Positions 55,027 through 61,694 of a stretch of DNA of 64,000 nucleotides are shown here, in pieces (the stretch's first letter is position 1; each line of letters begins with the position of its first letter). The notes beneath the pieces are model-generated. The model did no database searches, was not told the DNA's origin, and saw only the letters and a program-made list of their open reading frames with translations. Made by a program: the position numbers and the translations under genes. The DNA is from Clostridia bacterium (lineage in GTDB: Bacteria; Bacillota; Clostridia; Oscillospirales; CAG-272): the NCBI GenBank assembly GCA_017502915.1, contig JAFVUB010000014.1:10777-74776 (forward strand). The letters are read 5' to 3'.

Positions 55027-55416
55027 TAGTTTGATCCATATAAGGAATATCGCGGCGATTGCTATAAATGCAAGTCCCACCAAGAGAAGATAAGCACAAC
55101 TATGCTTGTTTTCGTCTTTCGCCTTTTTATATTCGTAATAGTCCTTATACTTTCTGTCTTTGATATTCCATTTGCGCGCGGTAAAGACCATAGAAATGCC
55201 GTAACCGAGCATACGAAACATTCCGCCATCGCTGACAAAAACCAATCCACCGGCACAAACAAGGCATATTCCGCTGATGAAAAATGCATCGTTCAGAATC
55301 ACCAAGATCCTGTTTATATCGGTTTCTTCAAAAATATTTCTTGTCAGCATAACCACGCACGCAATGAAAAGTCCAACAGAAATGGAAATTACGTAGCGTT
55401 TTGTGTTGGGTTTCAT
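55024..55416 (-). CDS. DUF3899-like small membrane protein
   Basis: 130 aa with 3-4 TM segments and a central basic stretch (RKWNIKDRKYKDYYEYKKAKDE). ATGA overlap with the oppF-like stop. Confidence 0.6.
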   Translation of the reverse strand: MKPNTKRYVISISVGLFIACVVMLTRNIFEETDINRILVILNDAFFISGICLVCAGGLVFVSDGGMFRMLGYGISMVFTARKWNIKDRKYKDYYEYKKAKDENKHSCAYLLLVGLAFIAIAAIFLIWIKL

Positions 55417-56672
55417 TCTCTCACCTTATCGTTCTCTGCGATCTCCGCCTTGTATTTTTCAAACTCGGCATCGTTGCAAAGAATAAAGTGTCCCGGCAAA
55501 ATCTCTCTCATTGTGGGCTTGTCTACGGTATAGTCATGCTCCGCAAGTGGGTTATAGATAATTCTCTTTCTGTCCTTTTCGTAATCGGGGTCAGGAAGAG
55601 GGATTGCCGAAAGAAGCGACTTTGTATAGGGGTGGAGCGGATGTGCAAACAGCTCATCTGAGGTTGCAAGCTCTACCATCTTTCCGTAGTACATAACGCC
55701 GATTCTGTCTGAAAAGTATTTTACGACAGAAAGGTCATGTGCAATGAAGAGAATTGTCAGTCCGAGCTGCTTACGCAGATCATTAAGAAGGTTAATTACC
55801 TGCGCCTGGATCGAAACGTCAAGAGCTGAGATTGGCTCGTCTGCAATGATAAGGTCAGGATTAAGGATAATAGCTCTTGCTATACCGATACGCTGACGCT
55901 GACCGCCCGAGAACTCGTGGGGATATCTACCGGCATGCTCTTTAACAAGTCCGACAAGATCAAGTACTCTGTAAACCTGCTCGTCAATGTATTTTTCATC
56001 CTTGATCTTTCTGATGAGAAGTCCCTCTGCGATGATCTCACGTACCGTCATACGGGGATTAAGGCTTGCAATAGGATCTTGAAAGATCATTTGCATGCTA
56101 TTCATTATGCGATCTTTTTTCGCAAGACTAATCTTTTCCTTTTTCTCCTTCAAAAGAGCCTTTATAGCGTTTTCGTCGGTTTGTGCTGCAATACGTTCGG
56201 CGTATTCCGCTTCTATTTTCTTAACCTGCTCTTCGGCATAAAGCTTGTTGCAGTTTTTATGATCGTAACGTGCCGACTTGATCTTTTCGTTCAGCTCTCT
56301 TACTGTATCGAGATATTCCTTCTCAAGGCGAGAAAGCTCTTCTCGCGATTTTTCATCCCCGACCGCCTTCAACTCTGCAGCTTTGGCGTCGAACTCTTTT
56401 TTTGCCTCTTTTATGGCGTTTTTGTAAGCGCGGGTTCCGGCGCAAATTCTCTGCCCCTTGAAATAAACACTGCCCGAGGTAATATCATAAAGTCTTATTA
56501 CCGAGCGTCCCGTAGTGGTTTTTCCGCATCCGGATTCACCAACAAGACCGAAAACCTCACCTTTTTTAATGTCAAAGCTGACATTATCGACTGCGCGAAG
56601 CTCATTACCGGGACCTATTTTGAAATACTGGCAAAGGTTTTCTACTTTCAACAAAGTTTCTTTGTTTTCCAT
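55413..56672 (-). CDS. Oligopeptide/dipeptide-type ABC transporter ATP-binding protein (OppF-like) with ~100-aa coiled-coil insertion
   Basis: Walker A is GESGCGKTTTG, Q-loop MIFQDPIASLNP, signature FSGGQRQR, Walker B IIADEPISALD. Walker A and the Q-loop are ~146 aa apart. Confidence 0.85.
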   Translation of the reverse strand: MENKETLLKVENLCQYFKIGPGNELRAVDNVSFDIKKGEVFGLVGESGCGKTTTGRSVIRLYDITSGSVYFKGQRICAGTRAYKNAIKEAKKEFDAKAAELKAVGDEKSREELSRLEKEYLDTVRELNEKIKSARYDHKNCNKLYAEEQVKKIEAEYAERIAAQTDENAIKALLKEKKEKISLAKKDRIMNSMQMIFQDPIASLNPRMTVREIIAEGLLIRKIKDEKYIDEQVYRVLDLVGLVKEHAGRYPHEFSGGQRQRIGIARAIILNPDLIIADEPISALDVSIQAQVINLLNDLRKQLGLTILFIAHDLSVVKYFSDRIGVMYYGKMVELATSDELFAHPLHPYTKSLLSAIPLPDPDYEKDRKRIIYNPLAEHDYTVDKPTMREILPGHFILCNDAEFEKYKAEIAENDKVRE

Positions 56673-58885
56673 TAGCTTTTCCTCCTTGCCGATTTCATTC
56701 TGTTTATTCTGTCTGTAACTGCCTTGGGCGGGTCAATTTTCGGCGCATCAGGATGCAGCAGCCATGTTGCGGCATAGTGGGTATCCGAAATTTTGAACAT
56801 CGGGGGCTGCAGCTCGAAATCAATTTCCATAGCGTACTTGTTTCGCTCTGCAAACGCATCTCCCTTGGGAGGATAGATCATGTTCGGAGGAGTACCCGGT
56901 ATGGATTCCAGCTTTTCGTTTGTGTCCAGATCGGGCATAGACGAAAGGAGAGCCCATGTGTACGGGTGAGCCGGCGAATAGAATACATCATCTGCGGTTC
57001 CGATCTCAACGATCTTTCCTGCATACATAACTGCAACTCTGTCTGCCATGTTTGCAACGACGCCGAGGTCATGAGTTATGAATATTACGGAAAGCTGACG
57101 CTCTGCCTTAACCTTATTGATAAGCTCAAGGATCTGCGACTGGATCGTAACGTCAAGTGCCGTTGTAGGCTCGTCACAAACAAGGATATCGGGCGCGGCA
57201 GAAAGAGCGATCGCGATAACGATTCTCTGTCTCATACCGCCCGAGAACTCAAAGGGATACTGCGAGAATCTCTTTACGGGGTCAGGGATTCCGACCTCCT
57301 TAAGAAGTTTGATCGCGCGCATCTTTGCCATGCTCTTTGTGACACGGTAAGCAACACCCGAAGCCTTCTCTTTCAAATAGTCGATTACGTCAACGGTTGC
57401 GGCACCAATATCAAAATCAGTCTGAGCGATTCTCTTCTCATAGCTGGCGCAAAGAGTGTCGAATATTCTAATAATAGACGCCTTGAGCAGATCAAGATCC
57501 ACAATATTCTTTTCAGAGATCTCATATGACGGCTCCTTGCCCTTTGCGATCAAAGCATCACGCTTAGCCGTTTCCTTAGAATAACGTACGTTCTCCTTCT
57601 CGTTGGCGACAACGGCGTTGAAATACTGATCAACTGCAGATTTCAAGCTTGAGGTGAAGGTATAGGACAGATTATCCTTGACCACGTCGAACGGATCTAT
57701 GGTTTTTTCAACGGCTTTGATGAGAATTGCAGAAGCGTTTGCAACGTCCTTTTTGTTAAGGCTATCGACACTGAACACCGCAGAATGCTCTTTGACGAGC
57801 GCGATCACCTGACGGCGTGCTTCCATTGCCTTCTCTCTTGAATAAGCAATACCCTTTTTCGCTCTCTCGATAAAGTTCAACATGAAGTGCTCGTCGAGAT
57901 ATTTGCGAAGGAATGCGTTAAGCTCTTCGATGGGCATTTCGGGGAGAGGCTCGTTTGCAAAGGTAAGATAATAACCGAGTGCAAAGAAATTCGGCTTTGT
58001 CTTTGCTACAGCTCTTGTAAGTATTTCCTTGACCTCGGAAAGCTTGGCATATGCAGCTTCAAAATCTGCGCCCTTGTTCGTGGGTTCTCTGTTAACGAGT
58101 ATCTTTGCTGCATTTCCAACGTTCTCACCAACAGAGAGCCTAATGTCATTTTTAATGCCATCAAGAAGGCTCTTTAATCTTTCTGCATCCTCTTTTACCA
58201 CGTATTGATCATACGTAAGAGAGGAAAGATGTACTATCTCGGAAATATTTGCGATCATTCCCTTATACGACTTCTTCTCAATACGGAAAAGTACGTCGTC
58301 AAGGTCTTCGAGCGCATAGTTTGCCGCAGTCGTGGCACGGTTGTACAGATTTTCGTGCTCAAGATGCTTGTGCTCAAACGTATCAAAGTCAAGGCAAAGC
58401 TGCTTATTGATACGGCACTCCTCTTCATTCTGACCATAAGCCTCATCCATACAGCTTCTGAGGCTCTCAAGAGTGAAGTTAAAATCCTTTCTGGACTGCT
58501 TACGCTTCAGCTTACCCTTTATTATCATAGCCTCGGTAAGCTGCTTACCTACGCGCATGATGGGGTTCAAGCTGGACATGGGGTCCTGGAAGATCATTGC
58601 GATCTTATCACCGCGGATGTTGTGGAACTCCTCCTCGGTGATCTTCATCAGATCTTGTCCGTCGTAAATTATCTCTCCGCCTTCCTTTATGGCGTTACCG
58701 GCAAGTATGCCCATTACGGCGCGGTTGGTTACCGATTTACCCGATCCGGATTCACCAACTATCGCAAGAGTTTCACCCTTATAGAGATCAAAGGAAATAT
58801 CACGAACCGCCTGAACGTTTCCGTTATCGGTGCGGAAGGATATCTTCAAATTTTTAACTGAAAGCTTTATTTCTCTTTTTGACAT
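56672..58885 (-). CDS. Oligopeptide/dipeptide-type ABC transporter ATP-binding protein (OppD-like) with ~390-aa insertion
   Basis: 737 aa. Walker A is GESGSGKSVT, Q-loop MIFQDPMSSLNP at aa ~98-109, signature FSGGMRQR only at aa 547, Walker B ILVCDEPTTALD. Confidence 0.85.
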   Translation of the reverse strand: MSKREIKLSVKNLKISFRTDNGNVQAVRDISFDLYKGETLAIVGESGSGKSVTNRAVMGILAGNAIKEGGEIIYDGQDLMKITEEEFHNIRGDKIAMIFQDPMSSLNPIMRVGKQLTEAMIIKGKLKRKQSRKDFNFTLESLRSCMDEAYGQNEEECRINKQLCLDFDTFEHKHLEHENLYNRATTAANYALEDLDDVLFRIEKKSYKGMIANISEIVHLSSLTYDQYVVKEDAERLKSLLDGIKNDIRLSVGENVGNAAKILVNREPTNKGADFEAAYAKLSEVKEILTRAVAKTKPNFFALGYYLTFANEPLPEMPIEELNAFLRKYLDEHFMLNFIERAKKGIAYSREKAMEARRQVIALVKEHSAVFSVDSLNKKDVANASAILIKAVEKTIDPFDVVKDNLSYTFTSSLKSAVDQYFNAVVANEKENVRYSKETAKRDALIAKGKEPSYEISEKNIVDLDLLKASIIRIFDTLCASYEKRIAQTDFDIGAATVDVIDYLKEKASGVAYRVTKSMAKMRAIKLLKEVGIPDPVKRFSQYPFEFSGGMRQRIVIAIALSAAPDILVCDEPTTALDVTIQSQILELINKVKAERQLSVIFITHDLGVVANMADRVAVMYAGKIVEIGTADDVFYSPAHPYTWALLSSMPDLDTNEKLESIPGTPPNMIYPPKGDAFAERNKYAMEIDFELQPPMFKISDTHYAATWLLHPDAPKIDPPKAVTDRINRMKSARRKS

Positions 58886-58887
58886 GA

Positions 58888-60450
58888 TTATTCAGCTCCT
58901 CTCAGTGAAGGGTTAAATGCATCGCGGAGTCCGTTGCCGAAGAGGTTGAAGCTGAGCATCAACAAAGCAAGGAAGATCGCCGGGAAGAGCGCAATAAATG
59001 CCGCGGTGGTAAGGTTTTCTTGGCCGTTTGCAATCAGCGTACCAACGGTAGTCATGTTCATCGCAGTGAGATCGATGATATTAAGATAGGTGAGGTTGGT
59101 TTCGGTATAGATCATGGAAGGAATTACGAGCGCGCAGCTTGTAACGATCGTTCCGAGGGCGTTCGGGAATATATGTTTGAAGATAAGTCTTCTGTCCTTA
59201 GCTCCAAGTGTTCTCGCAGCGAGAACGTACTCCTGGTTCTTGTATCTATAGAACTGCATACGGGTCGTTGACGCCATACCGATCCAGCCGGTTGCAAAGA
59301 AGGCAATGAACAGAACGAGCATATCAGTTGCGGGACCGGCGTCTATATGGCGCTTCAAAAGTGTAATGACGATCATTGTCGGAACTGCCGACAAAACGTC
59401 TGTGATTCGCTCCATGATAAGGTCGGTCTTTCCGCCGTAGTAGCCGGCGGTGGAGCCGTAGAACGCGCCAATGAGGAAGTTAACGACTGCAACTACCAAT
59501 CCGAAAACGAAGGAGAATCTTGCTCCTGAGAAGAGGCAGGTAAAGACGTCCTGACCCTCACTCGTGGTTCCGAAAAGGAAGCTCGGAGTCGTGATTCCGT
59601 CCTTGAGGACCTCCGTGTGCTGATAAACGTAATACTCGTAGTAATTTACACGGACCTCATATCCCGTGGAATTAGGAAGAGCATACGAATAATAGCACTT
59701 CTGACCGTTTTCGTTAATAAAACCGTCCTCGCCCTCAATACGCAACGAATTATAGCCATCGTTGGGTGTTTGCGTTGCGAGGTAGTAATCATATACCGGG
59801 ATTATATCGCCGTTTTCATCGTAAACGATATTGATCTTGTTTCCCTTGGTGGTCGTCTTGAAATAATAATCGGCGTCGTTCTTTCTTCCGTCAATAACCT
59901 GAGGTCTGTCGCTCTTGGCAACCACAGGATAGAGAACCTGAATACCGGTTCTGTTCTGATATTCCTGAAGCGCCTCGTACTTTTCAAATGTAAGAGAAAC
60001 GTATTCAGCTCCAACCGAATGGACCGAGTCAAGGCGGTAGCTGTACATATCGTTCTCAAGGCTATACTCTTGATTTTTAACCGCATTTTTTCCGGTTTCA
60101 AGACCCATAGCATAGTACTTCATAAAGGTTGCCTTGTTGTCTTCCCTCGGCTCGCAGCCGTCCCAAAAAGGAAGAGAGACAAAGAGCTCGTTCCTCGGGA
60201 AGCAGCTCTTATAGTTTGCATCCATATACTTAACCGTATAAGGCGTGCACATAGGAGCTATAATGGCGGCAAGAACGAGAATAATGATAATGATTGCACC
60301 AACAATGGCTCCCTTGTTCTTACAGAAACGGGCAAATGCATCTGCCATATAGCCGCGGGGCTTCGTTGCCAGCTGCTTATCGTGGATAAGATCGTTTTTC
60401 TGAACAAAGTTAAATTTTTCTTTTGGAATATTCGGTATAGTGCGTTCCAT
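58888..60450 (-). CDS. ABC transporter permease (OppC-like) with ~225-aa extracytoplasmic loop after TM1
   Basis: 520 aa. TM1 is at aa ~48-66. The conserved FGTTSEGQDVF...G segment appears only at aa ~292. BPD-type permease core lies C-terminal. Confidence 0.85.
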   Translation of the reverse strand: MERTIPNIPKEKFNFVQKNDLIHDKQLATKPRGYMADAFARFCKNKGAIVGAIIIIILVLAAIIAPMCTPYTVKYMDANYKSCFPRNELFVSLPFWDGCEPREDNKATFMKYYAMGLETGKNAVKNQEYSLENDMYSYRLDSVHSVGAEYVSLTFEKYEALQEYQNRTGIQVLYPVVAKSDRPQVIDGRKNDADYYFKTTTKGNKINIVYDENGDIIPVYDYYLATQTPNDGYNSLRIEGEDGFINENGQKCYYSYALPNSTGYEVRVNYYEYYVYQHTEVLKDGITTPSFLFGTTSEGQDVFTCLFSGARFSFVFGLVVAVVNFLIGAFYGSTAGYYGGKTDLIMERITDVLSAVPTMIVITLLKRHIDAGPATDMLVLFIAFFATGWIGMASTTRMQFYRYKNQEYVLAARTLGAKDRRLIFKHIFPNALGTIVTSCALVIPSMIYTETNLTYLNIIDLTAMNMTTVGTLIANGQENLTTAAFIALFPAIFLALLMLSFNLFGNGLRDAFNPSLRGAE

Positions 60451-60451
60451 A

Positions 60452-61462
60452 TTACTTTGCCCCCATTCTTATTCTCGGATCGATAAAGCCATAGCTTATA
60501 TCGACGATAATTCCCGCTGACAAGCCTACGAGAGTATAGAATCCCGAAAGCAGCATAAAGAAGTCGTAGTCAAGTGAATTGATAGCGCTGAGATAAAGTC
60601 CTCCAACTCCGGGAATCGAGAACATCTGCTCGATGATCAGCGAGCCGGAGAGAACTCCGATAAACTCACCGAGTATCATCGGGAAGATCGGAACCATTGA
60701 ATTGCGGAGCGCATGACGCACGGTAGCCTGACTGCGCGTGAGTCCCTTGGTCCTTGCAAGAAGCATAAACTCGCTTGTCAGAACCTCGGTCAGCTCTGCG
60801 CGTGTATATCTCGTATAAGCGGCGATAGAGCCCAAGCAGAGCGACAGAACTGCAGGAAGCATTGAGCGGAACATATCCCACGTGAAATAGTCATAGCCAC
60901 TCTTCATAGTGATCGGGAACCACTGAAGCTTAAAGCAGAGGAAATACTGCACCAAAAGTCCAAAAACAAGAGACGGCAACGAGATCATCAATATAACGAC
61001 TACGTTAATGAGCTGGTCCTGCCATTTGTTCTTCTTAAGTGCTGCAAAAATACCCAAGCCGAGACCGATGGGAACACCGATAAGGGATGAGTAAATATTT
61101 ATTAAAATTGTTGGAGGAAGCTTCTCAACAAAGACGTCCCAGACCGGCTGGTTCGCAAACTGAACCATAGACGTTCCGATTCCGAAATCACCTTCGGTGA
61201 AGATCCTCGTCAAATAATTTCCAAGCTGAATCATAACGGGTACATTATCAAAGGTGTAAGTTCCCGCAACGGGATCTCTTACAACATTCATAATATATCC
61301 GCGCGCCTCGAGCTGCGCATACATTATGTCCGCGGCATCGCCGGTTGCGGCGCTCACCACGATAGGAAGCATCTTGATAAGAACGAAGCACATAACGAAT
61401 ATAATGCTGAACGTCATTATCATGAGCCCAAGACGCTTCAAAACATATTTGAACATATACAT
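60452..61462 (-). CDS. ABC transporter permease (OppB-like)
   Basis: ATG at 61462 lies 7 nt after an AAAGGAGAA RBS (MYMFKYVLKRLGLMI...). Contains the ARTKGL permease motif. Confidence 0.85.
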   Translation of the reverse strand: MYMFKYVLKRLGLMIMTFSIIFVMCFVLIKMLPIVVSAATGDAADIMYAQLEARGYIMNVVRDPVAGTYTFDNVPVMIQLGNYLTRIFTEGDFGIGTSMVQFANQPVWDVFVEKLPPTILINIYSSLIGVPIGLGLGIFAALKKNKWQDQLINVVVILMISLPSLVFGLLVQYFLCFKLQWFPITMKSGYDYFTWDMFRSMLPAVLSLCLGSIAAYTRYTRAELTEVLTSEFMLLARTKGLTRSQATVRHALRNSMVPIFPMILGEFIGVLSGSLIIEQMFSIPGVGGLYLSAINSLDYDFFMLLSGFYTLVGLSAGIIVDISYGFIDPRIRMGAK

Positions 61463-61596
61463 AAGGTCTTTCTCCTTTAGAATAAACAAGCGTGTCAATC
61501 GTTCAAAAATCCCGCGCTTTGTTTATCCGTTAGTATATAACCGTTTCTTTCGGCATGTACTCAACGCAAAACGTTGAATTTATATAGACAACAACC

Positions 61597-61622
61597 CCGG
61601 TGGGGCAATTCTGCCCCACCGG
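61597..61622 (-). other. GC-rich intercistronic stem-loop between the SBP and permease genes
   Basis: ccggtggggca-attc-tgccccaccgg, an 11-bp perfect stem. On the minus strand it is followed only by a weak U tract (ggttgttgtc). Confidence 0.5.
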
Positions 61623-61694
61623 TGGCGTTAAATCTTACGATTTAATTGTTCCAGTATTGTTTTTATAAGATTACTGTTTCTTGTGCGGTTGAAA

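Noticed and set aside
55917-60486. Plus-strand ORFs of 218-289 aa (55917-56675, 56753-57529, 58205-58861, 59617-60486) across the opp-like operon.
   Set aside because: All are antisense to ABC transporter genes with complete Walker and permease motifs. Their compositions are hydrophobic or low-complexity, typical of antisense read-through.
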